Source of the DNA: Camelus ferus
Taxonomy: Eukaryota
Length of the DNA stretch: 64,000 nucleotides
Direction of reading: 5' to 3'
Assembly (NCBI RefSeq): GCF_009834535.1
Contig: NC_045697.1
Span: 10,664,001 to 10,728,000, forward strand
A model generated the notes under the pieces. It was not told where the DNA came from, searched no databases, and saw only the letters and a list, made by a program, of their open reading frames with translations. A program made the translations under genes and the position numbers. Below, one piece after another: positions 24,041 to 36,910 of this stretch (the first letter of the stretch is position 1; every line of letters begins with the position of its first letter).

Positions 24041-24350
24041 TGATGAAATAAAATTCACCTTTTAAGGTAAGACAAGAAATGTTTAAGCATTTAAACATCA
24101 AACGTTTCCTGTGCCCTTTGGCCGCCGTCCTCTGACGTACACAGCGCATCTGTATTACGTGCTAACCAGACTCCCCGAAGGCAGAAATACCTGTTTGACC
24201 ATAAAGATCAATTTTCCTCCTATTGACGCGAGCCATGTAACTCGCCAGAAGATAACATCAGCCCTCTCGATCCTGCAAAGGATCGCGGCGGCCCACCTCC
24301 TTGCCTTATACGTGCAGAGATCTTGGATGAACATTCCCTACAATGCCAAG
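24041..24350 (+). mobile_element. LTR-like U3 segment, CpG-rich, abutting an ERV remnant
   Basis: Starts tgatgaaataaaattcacc. LTR-like composition; no 3' terminus or TSD resolved. Confidence 0.5.
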
Positions 24351-24388
24351 ATGTAATCTCCCTTAAAGGCAGCGACTGGTGTGGAATA

Positions 24389-24544
24389 GACTGGTCATGG
24401 GACCTGGGGAGATACTGGACTGCATCTAATGGGGGTTCTTAGCTTAAATACTTACTTAGGACCTTATTCACGTTACAAGCTTTATTACTTGTATTTTGCC
24501 TATTTTATAAGATTATTGTTTCTTGCAGTACCGAACGTGACTGA
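24389..24544 (+). pseudogene. Degenerate ERV env transmembrane/cytoplasmic remnant
   Basis: Translates DWSWDLGRYWTASNGGS*LKYLLRTLFTLQALLLVFCLFYKIIVSCSTERD*: Trp-rich segment, hydrophobic helix, then a basic residue. It lies upstream of a polypurine tract and LTR, where env ends. Confidence 0.55.
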
Positions 24545-24861
24545 GCTTCAGTTAAAAGTAACGATAATTAGGTGACTTGAAACGACTGATCAAATATATA
24601 GTCTTATAAGATCAGTGATGGTAAGAGTGTAACTCCAGATGTGGGAAGAAGCAACAAGAGGGAACTGTATCCTGGACCCTAACAGACCAGTAAGATGGGG
24701 GCCCGGAGGCTTCTGCCTGCTGTTAACAGGGTCTAGTCCAGTAATGTCACATTGAGTGGCCAATCAACAAAATCCTTGCCTAACTCGGGAATGAGCATTC
24801 CCAGCACCACGGGACAAATTGGTCATGAGATGCCTCCCGAACCTTGGTCAGACTTAAGACC

Positions 24862-25336
24862 AAAAGGGAGGGAGTGTCAAATAAAGAACGTTGCCCACCA
24901 TCCGGTCCAGAAGAATCAAGGCATCGGCCACTGTGGCTGCTGACCTACAGTACACCCTGAAGGCTGAAGATCAGGATGAGGTGCCTTCAGGTAGTTGGGT
25001 ATCTTCAGAAGAATTTTTTTATGAACCTGGATTCTTGCATCTTCCCATACTTAGAAAAGCACTAAAATCATTAACTAAGATGTCTGTCTTTGGAGGCTAG
25101 CAGCAACCTTCTCCTGTGATGTTTATTGATGTGTATTTGATTGCACGGGACCTCCTCACCAAAATCACATATATACTGGCTGGCCTCCCCCCACTTACCT
25201 CTTTGGAGCCATTCTTAGAGCTCTCTGAGAGACCGTCTCCCAGGTCATAATTCTCAGTTTGGCTCTAATAAAATTTTCCATTTCTTTCTTAAATTGACTA
25301 TTGATTAATTTTTGCATTGATTGACTATTGATTACA
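24862..25336 (+). mobile_element. ERV polypurine tract (24862-24874) and 3' LTR (from 24875)
   Basis: aaaagggagggag immediately followed by TG. AATAAA at 25267-25272. The 3' end is blurred by a 15-bp duplication. Confidence 0.78.
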
Positions 25337-25366
25337 TGTTTGTTTTTTGGGTACTTTTCTTTTGTT

Positions 25367-25503
25367 TTTGTTTTTGTTTTTTGGGAGGGGAGGTAATTAG
25401 GTTTATTTATTTATGTATTTCCTTTAACAGAGATACTGGGGATTGAAGCCAGGACCTTGTGCATGCTAAGCACACACTCTTCCACTGAGCTCTACCCGCC
25501 CCC
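25367..25503 (-). mobile_element. tRNA-Ala-derived SINE (Vic-1 type), long form
   Basis: Reverse complement of head + taaataaacctaattacctcccc tail. TSD ttcttttgtt at 25357-25366 and 25507-25516. Confidence 0.9.
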
Positions 25504-28101
25504 TACTTCTTTTGTTGTTAGTAGTTAACAGCAAGGGAGCCAGAAGACAGAAGATGTGTATCCACGGGGCAGTTCTGTGTGCTTGTTGCTGCCATTTGTT
25601 GACCATTTACTATCTGTTAAGCTCTGAGCAAATTGCTTTCCATACGTCCCCTTATTTCAAACCCTTCTGAGGGGGCACTGTTATCCTCATTTTCCAGAGA
25701 AGGAAACTGAGGCTCACAGACCCAGGCTGTACTTTATTAGTCCACAGTAAGAACAATAGTTACCATTTATCAAGATAACCGTTACTCTCAGTATTTCACT
25801 TAATGTTTAAGGTGACCCTCCCAGAGGCTCCCCCCAACAGTGCTCTTGGGGTTCTCTGCCCTCCTCTGCTTTCTCTGCTCTCCACCCCAGGCTGGCCATC
25901 TCTGCTTCTTCTTCATTCTCCTTTGTCCACCATGGGACCCTGAGGAATTCAGACACTAGGGGAGCATCTCTTCCTTCTTGGTGTTTCCCTCTGTTAAAGC
26001 GATTCCACCATTAACATGGCTTAATTTGCTCCAAACAGACTGGCTAAGGTTTCAGAACTTCTCATCCCCAATCTCATCACGTGCTCTCAGCATTGCTGCT
26101 GGGTTTCCCAGTCTCACCCTGGGAGGTCCTTCCCCCCTTCTCCAGTCTGGAAGCCCCCGGGAACCTTTTGCCTGGGCCATTTCTCCCCTCCTGCTCCCAG
26201 TGAGGCTGGGCTGGCTGGGAACTACCTGCCTCACCAGCACTGCTGTCTCCTGGGTCAGATGAGGATATCCCACACCCTTCAATATATTTCGAGACTTGAG
26301 GAAACACCTCTCTCCCTGATGTTACCCTCTGTCAAAGGGACACCAAACCAGTACTGCCCAGCCTTCTCCCGCGGACAATTTGGTGAAATGCTCATTTTGT
26401 TTTTACCTCCACTGCCTCTCCCTGGGGAGCACAGGTGCACAGCCATGGGAAATGGGGCGGGACAGGATGTCTAAGTGAAAACACCACGCGCATCACAGAA
26501 CCGTCACTCCAACCCCTGTTTGGGGCTTTGCTGTTTGGCCCAGGATCTCTCAGGGGGACTCCCATCCCGCAGACACAGCCTTCCAGGGACGAGTCCACCA
26601 CTCCCCAGCCATGCTGCACTGGTTCCAATCCCGCCCTGCAAACCGATTAAGCTCAAGGTGCCCCCACTCTCACCAGCCTCCTGAGATGAAGGAACAGGGA
26701 CTCCAAGAGGTTGTGTGTGCCACCTTTTACACCAGAGGGGTTAAGCACACGTTCTGGAGGGAGAGTGCCTGTCACTTGTCCCCTGGGGGTGTTATTTAAC
26801 TGCTCTGTGCTTCAGTTCCCTCCTCTGAAAAGTGTGGCTGACAGATACTAGCATCTAATATGGCATGAGACGGTGAGGATTCAGTGGGTTAACCCACGCA
26901 AAGAGCTCAGCACAGGATCTGATGCGTATTACTATTCAGTAAGGATTGATTGAACATCTGCCCCATGCTGGCTGGTCTTTCCCAAAGTCACAATGTCAGT
27001 CGGTGGGAAATGAGGGATTAAATCTCAGGTCTCTTACTCAAAACCACTGCTTTGCCCAGGACCCATGTGTCTCCATCCTTACACATTCCCTCCTCTGGGG
27101 GTCGACACTGAGCTGGAGCACTGTGAATGCTCCAGTTTCCTGGATGCAGTTTAAAGAGCCCCTCGGCCTCTGATCTCTGAGTCAGCTAAAAATCGTGGTG
27201 ACTGATGGGGCCCAACAGTCGCCCTCCACAAAGGGTCCCTGCTGCGGGACCATCCGTGTTAACAAAGGGAACTTGGGGAACTCCCCCTCTCACCCCTCCA
27301 GGAGACTAGCTAGAGGATCGCTGGGAGCTGGGTACCGAGGGTTCCAGATCCTCACTTCAGGGATCTAGCCTTCTATCCCATGATAGGGGACAATAGAATA
27401 CTGGGAAAAAACCCAGACCAGGCCCCTTCATCTTGGAATGGGAGGCAACGTGAGGGATGGAAATATATGGGCGTTCGGCTCTAAGACCTCAGACAAGCAG
27501 TTTGCTCTCTCTGAACCTCAGTTTCTGCCTTCCCAAACAAAGGGCACAACCAGAACATGTATGTTACAAAGCTAATCCTTGATAAAAGCCCAATTACTCT
27601 TTCATTACCAGAAGGCTCTTCTTAAAGGGCTCCCGTTCTGATGTGGTTTTCTAACTGTGATGCAGGGAGCCCCAGAGTTTGTGCAGGACGTGGTCTGGGC
27701 TCCCCGGCCCCACTTCAAGGGGAGCAGGTGCTCAGATGTCAGTTACATATGTTAGGTTACGTTACTAAATAAGATGTGCATTTAAGGAAAAAAGGATCTA
27801 TTCTCCATCCCAACTCAACATTTAAAATTAGCCTAGGGACAGCCCTGACCTTGACTAGTCATCTAACGACACACAAATAGTAAGAGTGGCCAGAACTGCT
27901 CCTTGTCCGCTGATGTCCACTCCCCCCACCCCTTTACCTTTCATACACTGAAATCCTGAATAAGCAGTGTCACGGCCTCCTCCAGTAAAGACGACGTTTC
28001 CCAGCCTTCCTCGAAGCTAGGTGTGCCCATATCACTGAATTCTGGTCAAGCTGAATTAAGCAGGATTGGTGTACGCAGTTCTCAGAAATGTCCTTAGAGA
28101 G

Positions 28102-28559
28102 TGTGTTTGTTAGTCAGGGTTCCCCAGAGAAACAGAACCAATAGGAGATCTAGATGCAGATCTATTACTAGGAATTGACTCACGTGACTATGGAGGCTGA
28201 GGGGTTCCTCGATCTGCCTTCAGCAAGATGGAACCCCAGGGAAGTTGGTGGTATAATTTTGTCTGAGTCTGAAGGCCTGAGAACTGGGCAAGCTGATAAT
28301 GTGAATCCCAGTCCACAGGCAAGAGAAGATGAAGTGAAATGTCCCAGCTCAAGCAGGAATAAAACGGGGAGAATTTCTTCTTCCTCCACCTTTTGTTCTA
28401 GTCAAACCCTCAGTAGATTGGACAATGCCCAACCACACTGGGGCGGGCAATCAGCTTTACTAAATCCACTGATTCAAATGCTAATCTTATCAGGAAAATT
28501 CTAACAAACACACCCAGAAACAATATTTAAACTGGGAACACGTAAAATGAGCCATCACA
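28102..28559 (-). mobile_element. ERVL LTR (MLT2-like) nested in an MLT1J/K-like LTR (~27990-28850)
   Basis: gttagtcagggttccccagagaaacagaaccaatagga...ctgattcaaatgctaatct...aacacacccagaaacaat. 5-bp TSD gagag/gaggg. Confidence 0.85.
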
Positions 28560-31500
28560 GAGGGAGAATGTGCTTCCTTCATCTCTTCCTCCCACCTGCT
28601 AGTCAGAATTTGGGTCGATGGCTGGAGCTCCAGCAGCCATCTAGGGTCATGAGTTGACCTTGAAAATAGAAGTCACGCAGAGCAAAGCAACATGAAAGGA
28701 ACAGTGAAGCATCACTCCAGCCCTTCACTGCCTTCCTTCCACAACTATGAGCAAGTGACAAATACATCTCTATGAGGTTTAAGCGACAGGTATTTTTGTT
28801 TTTCTGTTACATGTAACCAAACTTCCTCATAACTAACAAAATGCCAATGTATCACGCTTAGTGGAAGATGGTGGGTTCTATGGCTTCTTTATTTGCTGTT
28901 CCTTTCCGCTTTTATTAGTATAGTGCATTTGGACTCACATTCTCCCTCCAACCACAGACTCTTGATTCAGGGAAATGTCTGAATCAATGCCTATAGTTGC
29001 TGCATCCTTGATAGACAGGACAAGAGGTTGGGAGGAGAGAGGACAAATTCCAAATTTAGGGCAGAACAGACCACTTCCTCTCTGTCATTCATCTGTTCCT
29101 TTTCATTTACCGTCTCTGACCAACTCTGTGCAGGTACTGTGCACTCTCTCATCTAATCCTCACCAACAACGTGATGAGGGAAGCATCACCCCCATTTCCC
29201 AGAGGCAGAAACTGAGGTTCTGCGAGGTAAGGAAACAGCAGAGTGAGAATGTCTGCCTCCCTTGATTCTGCACTGATTATTTTTTAAATCATCAAATATA
29301 TTTTCATTTGACTAGTGGGAACTTGGCTCAGGTATTTCATAGATTTACTGCAACAAGGCAGAGAGTGAAATAGTATGAAAAGTGTCTAGTTCCCAGGTGA
29401 TTAGGGGCTGGGATTGGTCAACCAGTTAACCATTGTTTATTGAGCACCTACTGCGTGCCATGCCACTGATTTTGTCTCAGAGCATCACTGATGTGATGTT
29501 TTCAGAGCACCTTCTCTCTGAAGCACGAGCATCACTGGTTCTGTGCAGAACCCACATTGCCCTGGCACACTCCTGTGGTTCAGAAGGAAAGAGGTCAGCC
29601 AGGGGCACAGGGAGCTGGGTCTCCTTCCACCTCTAACACCTGCTAGCTGTGTGCCTTCACATAGGTTGGCTAACCTCTCTTGTCTTCTATCTCTCCTTTC
29701 AGGGCATTTGAGAGTTTTTGCCACCTTTGCTCCTTTTGAGTGTTGCCTAATTCAGACTTGCTCAAAGCTTGTCAGGCAGGGCTATTTAGAGTTGTCCAGG
29801 AAATTACACTCTCAGTGAATTCAGGAACATTCCATTAGGACACCAAAATAATTCACATAAATAAATATCAGGCTTCACTTGCAGTTGCCTTTTATAAAAG
29901 AGAAAGCGTTTGAGAAGGAACTGTTGTTATAGTCCCTGGAATCCTGTTCTTATCTCCTCCTTAATCTTTTTCTTTCAGGACACTCCTCTGGGAAGGAGTC
30001 CCATCGGTGTGCCTTTCCAAAATATATTTGATAAGAATAACCCAGGGCTCTTGATGAAACTAGCAAACAAACAGAACCAGGGTCCTAGGTTGATCTTGGA
30101 GTTGTGACTCTGCAGGTCAGAATGAGGCTGGGAATAAATATTCTTAGGAAGCACCCAGGTCCTGGACTAAACCAAGACTTAAGTTCAAGTCCTGAGGCTA
30201 CAGGGAAGCTGGGATCAGAAGTCTGAATCCTGATTTTCCTGTTCATTAGCTGTGTGATCTTGGACAGGTCTTCTCAACTCACAAGGTATTCACGAGCAAG
30301 GGGCCACATTACATGTCAGATCACGCTCCCGGCTGAAGTGCTGATGGGTGGAAAGTGAGAACCCAGACTGTCCCCTGGGTGTTCCAGAGCCCAGAGGGGA
30401 GACTGCCAAAGAGAAGGACCACCAAAGGTGAGGAATGCCACCAAAGCAGAGGAGGACCCCATAGAGGTACCCAGGAACCTGGCCTGGTCTGCGGGGGAAG
30501 GAGTGGCTTCCTTGAGAAAGGGTTAAGGATGCAAAGGATGACTAGGACTTAGCCAGGTGAACAGGTGGGACAAGAGCACTGCAGGTGTCAGGACAAATGC
30601 ACAGAGGCCTCTTGAGGAGTTCAGGAGATGACGGGGTAGCCAGGGAACAGGGGCAGGAGGTGAGGCAGAACATGCCGGGTCTCGTCCATACACGTGCCCT
30701 GTTCTAAGGGCAAAGGAAAGTCACTTAAAGATTCAGGACAGTCATGGCACGTTCCTCAGCCTCCGAATCTTCATCTGTAGACCAGGAGACTTGACATGTC
30801 CCCTGCTTTCTCTGTTTCCCACTTGCGGTGTAATTCCCCACCCAGAGGAGCGATGCTTTCAAAGTGGAAGCCAGAGCTTGTCCCTCATTTGCTTAAAAGT
30901 CGCCGATGGCCCCCATCTCAACCTCCACTCAGAACAACGTCCAAAGTGTCCGGCGTGGCCTGTAATCCCCGTGGCCCCCAGACACCGGGGCCCACTTCCC
31001 CTCCGGCTGTGCCCTGAGCACATCCTCTGCGAGGGGGACCTCAGCCCCAGATGCCACACAGCCTCTCCGGACTGCACCCCTTGCTGCCCCTGGAGGCAGC
31101 TAAGTTTTGGGGGGGCATTCTCATCTGTCATCTCACACGCGTATTTGTCCAGTTCTCTCTTGCCAGCTCCCCCAGGAGAAGGCAGCCCCTGGGGAGCAGG
31201 ACCTGGTGTCTGCTTGCTGGGTCCCGTGCAGAGCGCCAGCCCATGATATGTGTTGGTTAAATAGCTGAACAATACTTATCGTGCAGGTTTGAGAAGCTTG
31301 AATAATAGACTGATTGTATACATAGTGTTGGGTTCAGTATGTACTTGGCAAATACTTCCTTGTTTCTTTCTACCCTGGTTCCCCGTCTTCCAGACTCTCA
31401 GTTCAAAGTCCTTCCCGGAACACCTTTCACCCCGGGCCCCCAGTTGCCCCACTAGGCCCTCTGCCCTTCCTGCCGACCCCTGGCTCTGTCCCTGACTGTC

Positions 31501-32710
31501 CCGATGCTGGCTTGGCGGCATCCCTAGAGGAAGTGTGGTATGTCACGATTGCCACACAGCCTGGTTGAGGCAGTTTGGACGTTAGCAACTCAAGTCATTG
31601 TCCTGCTGCCCTTGGACCCTGTGTGGTCAGGGCCTGGGTGTGGCTGTCACTTCAGCCAGCATCGAATGCATGCCAGGACATGTAATGAACCGGGACCATT
31701 TTGCAGGGACAGAAAAACAAAACCCTTCCTTGAGCCTTGATTGATGGCTCCTTTTCTTCTGATCTTGACACAGACAGACAGTTTTCACCTGAGTGTTTCC
31801 AGCAGTGACCTGGGTCAGGTGCAGAAAGTCTGCTGGCCGCCCCCAACCCCTTCCTACAATCTGCCTGCAAGATTCATGGAGGCAGCAAGCTGTCAGCGGG
31901 GAGGCTCAGGCGACGGCTGGAAAGGCTCTCTCCTCCTTGTCTCTTACTCAGAACGCATGCGGATTTAAACAATAAGGGCCTACGTGAGAGCATCACTGAG
32001 AAACAGAGTCTTAGCTGCCAACGGGTCTGGACAATCACCCAGATCAGGGGGTTGAACCCAAGGCTCCGGGTTGGCTGAGGGGTTTAGACTTGGGTGCTGA
32101 GCCTGTGTGCCAGGTGGTGTGGGCCCCTGTGCAGGTCTGTGGGCAGAAGGTGCTTGATTTTTCAGATTCTCAGAACCGACCTGTGTAAACGTCCGGCCTG
32201 GAGAAGAGAAAGAACAACCCACCTGCGATCACAGAGCAATGGCAGCTCAGTCTCCCGGGGCCCCAAGACAACCACTCACCAGGTCACTGGTGCTGTTCAG
32301 AGCAAAACAAGGGGCAGATAAATGCGAGCAAACACAGGAACAGTACAAACCAAGCTTAGAGAAAACAAAACAAAGCAAAAGGAGCTACACCAACACGTTC
32401 ACCACGCTTGTTTCTGGGAGCAGTGGGACAAAGTCTTTTTCTTTTCTAGTCTTAAAAAATGTTCTGTCTTTTCCAGATTTTCTATTTAAAAAGCCTTTGC
32501 TTGGAAGCATTATCATTAAAAGAAGAAAACTTTCTTTGAAGGAAAAAAAATCCCTATAATTGAATTAAAATATCTCCATCCAATCCCTCTTTTTATATTT
32601 TTTTAGATTTAAAAGCTTTTTGATTGTTTCGAGTTTGTAAGTGATACATTTGGTAACCAACTTTTCTAGAAAAAAGCATGAAAGTTTAATAATGCATTAG
32701 TTTAGTTTTG

Positions 32711-32962
32711 GAGGGGAGGGATTAATTAGGAGTTTGGGATTAACCTATATAAAATAGATAGCGAACAAGGGCCTGCTGTGGAGCACAGGGAACTGTATTC
32801 AATATCTTGTAATAACCTATAATGGAAAAGAATCTGAAAAATAATATATATAATAATATATGAAAAATAATATATATTATATATATATATATGTATAACT
32901 GAATCACTTTGCTGTACACCTGAAACCTTGTAAATCAGATTTACTTCAATTTAAAAAAAAAA
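32711..32962 (+). mobile_element. 5'-truncated LINE-1 3' end
   Basis: gggagggattaattaggagtttggg...actgaatcactttgctgtacacctgaaac...poly(A). TSD core gcattagttt at 32694-32703 and 32968-32977. Confidence 0.9.
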
Positions 32963-33024
32963 GAATAGCATTAGTTTTTACTCTGGAAGTATTTAGTTTA
33001 AGGGCGTCACAGAAATACTTTAAG

Positions 33025-33152
33025 TGGGTGGATATGACTCAGGGGTAGAGCACACGCTTAGCATGCAAGAGGCCCTGCGTTCAATTCCCAGTACTTCCGT
33101 TTAAAAAAAATACATAAATAAACCTAATTACCTCCTCCCCTCCTCCTCAAAA
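33025..33152 (+). mobile_element. tRNA-Ala-derived SINE (Vic-1 type), long form, diverged
   Basis: Head + tail. TSD agaaatactttaag (33011-33024) / agaaatattttaaa (33153-33166). Confidence 0.88.
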
Positions 33153-33833
33153 AGAAATATTTTAAAGGGTAATTTTTGTGTTCTAAGTTCCGTAAACATC
33201 AGAGCACATTATTTGGAAAGATGCTTTTTTACGGATAGTTTTTAAAGAATTTTCATATAAACTGTTTGTGAAATTTAATTTCTTCAGGGGCTGAACTAAA
33301 TTCTATTAGCTAAGTTTGCCCTGAGACACTACTTCAGGGCAACCCTCATATTTTTCTATTCTTAGCTTCAGAGGACGTTTTAAAAATAAAATTTTAAATT
33401 GTAACGTCAGCTGTTGAGTCCAGTGTGAGAGCTGATGAACTTGGTAATTATAAGGTTTCCTAGAATAAATTTAAGTGACACATAAATACTTGCAATCAGC
33501 TGTTCTTGTTGCTGTAAACATCTCTCTTGCCTCTTCAAGCCTGGGTAAAGCTACGCTAGTTGTTTCCACTTCCAGAAAAATGTGAATTAAGCATCACTAA
33601 TTTATGAGACTTCATTGTAGCCAATTGTTTTGATTCATCTGGGGCAGATGTCTAGCCTCTAAACTGTCCTCTGAAAGTTATCCTTATTCTGGTGGAGAAG
33701 GGACACCTTTTTTTTTTGGTCACCCTTTGCTAATATTAGAATCAAGCTTCCAAGTCCATGCCTGTTTATATCTAGTTATGTCATCTTCTAGAATTTCATT
33801 CTGAATTTATAGGGATAAAAATAATCTGACTAA

Positions 33834-33987
33834 GGGGGGAGGGTGTCGCTCAAGTGGTAGAGTGCATGTTTAGCATGCACAAGGTCCTGGGTTCAATCCC
33901 TAGTACCTCCTCTAAAAATAAATAAATAGACCTGATTACCTCCCCCCAACCAAAAAATAAAATAAAATAAAATATTAAAAAATTAAT
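33834..33987 (+). mobile_element. tRNA-Ala-derived SINE (Vic-1 type), long form
   Basis: Head + tail + (AAAAT)n. Perfect 13-bp TSD aaataatctgact at 33819-33831 and 33988-34000. Confidence 0.92.
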
Positions 33988-36328
33988 AAATAATCTGACT
34001 GAATATAAGCCATTAAACTAAATATAAGCCATTGTGTCTTTAAATATATATGTCTGACTTTAAAACTTTGTTCTGCTTCTTACTAGCTGTGTGACCCTGG
34101 GCAGCTCACACAACTTCTCTGATCCTCATCTATAAAGCAGTGATGGTAATATACATGCCATAAGATGTATATGCTGTCAGATTGCTGTTTGGGGAAATAA
34201 GGGTTTGGGGAACTAAAAGTATGTGATGGCATTATTACAAAGCACATTTAATTTTTTTTCCTTTTCTCCAGCTAATTCTCAGAGAATAATGCCAATAGTA
34301 TTCAGTTACGCAAACATTCATTGAACACTTGTTATATGCAAAGTCCTGGGGATACCAAACCTCCAGTCAAGATGTTTAAGAAGCTTATCGTCTTCTAAGA
34401 AGGACAGACCCCTCTTATGTCATAATTACACGAGCCTGGGAAAGCTGCTTGAACTGAAGACTAAAGAAAGTATTCAGGATTCCCAGGGAAAGGAATATTA
34501 GTTTTACCTGGTACAAAAGAGTTTTTACAAAAAAGGTTTCAGAGTCTCAAGCTAGCCCTTGTGGGATGGAGAGTTCTGACCTGAAAGAAGAGCAGGATTT
34601 GGAAAATGGAAGGGAGAAGGAACGTTCACTACAAGAGGCAAAAGCACGATCCGAAGGCCAGACGGAAGAAATGCGTGTGGTGTGGTTGAGGGTCGCTGCG
34701 GAGGACTGGGTCTCCTCGGGGAGAGGACCGAGTAACAGAGAGAGGAAGATGGAAAACAGAGTGGCTAAAGGCCTAGGTAGAAACCACTGTGGCGTGTCCA
34801 CGTTGCCTCTGCCACGTGCCCGCCCCTTTAAGGCAGCCTGATGTTCCATAAAGGCAAGTCGTGGAACCCGAGTGGCGGCTCAGCAGCACTTACCACCTTC
34901 AATCCGTTCACTCAGCAAAGACTCAGTGAGCATCTACTATGTGCCAGGTCTGTTAGAGAGCCTTGGGAGGCAATATTGAGCAAAGCACAGTTCCTGTCTT
35001 CATGGGGTTCCATTCTACAGGGCAAACAGACAATGATAAATAAACATCCTGTAGGACACAATTTAAGGAATAGTGCCATGAAGTCAAAAAAAAAAAAAAA
35101 AGTATAGGGGACAGAAAGAGCTATTTTCCATGGGGTGTTCAGAGATGGCTCTCGGAGGTGATGCTGGAGCAGAGACCAGAGTTAAGTGGACAACTGTGGA
35201 CCGAGGGTTCCAGGGAGAACAGCCAGTGCAAAGGCCCTGGTGCAGGACTGCTTCACGTGCTCATGCAACATCGACGGTCCTGGTGGCTGCAGTGCAGTGT
35301 AAGGACATGAAGTCAGGGGTTTGAAGATACAGATGAAGGCTTCTAAACCCTAAACTCTGTAATCTGCCCCCTAATCATGCTCTGACCTTCTGAGCTTGAT
35401 CCTCCTGGAATTTGAACTTGGGCTTTCTAAGACAGATTCTCTTGACCCCCTATTGGCTCCCCCTGCCCTTATGGGAACCCCCTAACCCTGATGTGGCCCA
35501 TGGCACATAACCTTGGACACTAGTCTTCAGAAAGGAAACGCATGGGGAAGGGGTTTTATCACCCCGGTAACTGTGCCTCCCTGACAGGTGTCCTCATCAA
35601 ATTCTTAACTTTGATTCTCCAGGCTGGTGGCCAGAGGGGAGGTTCCCTGGCAGGGAGGGCCATGGCAGTCTTGGCTGTGAGACTCCCCGTTCCCTCGGAG
35701 TCTCCCTGATGTCACCACACCCCTGCTAGTCCTTTACTTCTCTGACCTAACCCTGAACACAGACACACCCATCAATTTGCCCCAGCTCAGCTGAGACTGG
35801 GCTGGATGGCTTAGCACAGTTTTATAGGGGATTGGAGAGCACTAAAGTGACATGAATAGAGTCACTGACACCGCCACCAACATGGCTGCTCTCAGAACCC
35901 TAAAGGTCACCCGCAGCTGTCCCATGCCTGGCTCAGCCTCTTCCCAGGCAGTAGCCACTGCTGAGCCTTAGCATCTGGCACCCCTTCTCCCTACTTCTGG
36001 GGTCCAGGTCCCCACAGCGGGGCCCATGGAGAAGCAGTCGGTCGGCTCCTTGCCAGTGTAAGGCCTGCCCTCCAAGCTACTTCCCGTTCCAGCATCTTCC
36101 CCTTCCCGCCTCACTGACATCAGGGACGTCCACTCTTATGTGGGACACCCCGCCCAGCGCCCCAAGGGCTTGCAGCCCCAGCTTTATCACATCAAAGTGA
36201 AACCCAGTCCCTCTAAAACTGAGCTCCCTCACTGAGTTTATGATTACCCTCTCTGTCCAAACTCATTCCCTTTCTTGTTCCGCCGCTGTTCCACTCAGGA
36301 CTGATGAACATCAAAGAGAAGTGGGGAC

Positions 36329-36910
36329 TGAAACCAAGCAGGACCCTGCGGGGCCTTCCTGAGTACAAAAGCCCCTCCGTGCCCATCTCTTATTTGTAGG
36401 AAAAAAGGCTTCTGTCTCCTAGGCCTTCCCCAAGTCCCACAGAACAGACTCAAGCAGTTACAGATTAGGACAATGGAATCTCAGGCCTCCTGGGTCCTCC
36501 TGGAGCTAGATAACCGTCTGGTGCATATCTTGGAGTTGTTCTATAGAAACGAAAACTCCTGCCCTGGGTGAGGATGCTGACTACATGCTGACCACAAGCA
36601 CGTGGACCCCAGACTGGCTGGAGCCAGAAGGCTGATGATGAAGATTCCTGCAACAGCCACCAATCAGAAGAATGTCCATGAGCTGATCACACGTCTGAGG
36701 ACCCTCTCCCCTCGCACTCTCTTTAAAGCCCTTCCCTGAAAGTCATCAGGGAGTTCAGATCTTTTCAAATTCCAGAAGGACCCATTCTCCTTGCTTGGTA
36801 CCCTGCAAATGAACCCTTATTTTGCTGCAAATCCCACTGTCAGAGTTTGGCTTTCTTTGCCTCAGTGTTTGACAAGAGCACTGCCCTCTTGGTGTCATTT
36901 AGAAATCACA
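36329..36910 (+). mobile_element. ERV1-class solo LTR related to those at 20817 and 59619
   Basis: Starts tgaaaccaagcaggaccctgcggggccttcc. Shares ccaatcaga, catgagctgatca, tcagggagttc and ctccttgct...ccctgcaa blocks with the 59619 LTR. TSD not resolved. Confidence 0.78.

Noticed and set aside
34547-34849. Charged 91/100-aa ORF pair
   Set aside because: Purine-rich, degenerate L2-like sequence with no gene signals.
35320-36320. Possible old ERVL/LTR-derived block
   Set aside because: Only faint motif resemblance; no termini or family can be assigned by eye.
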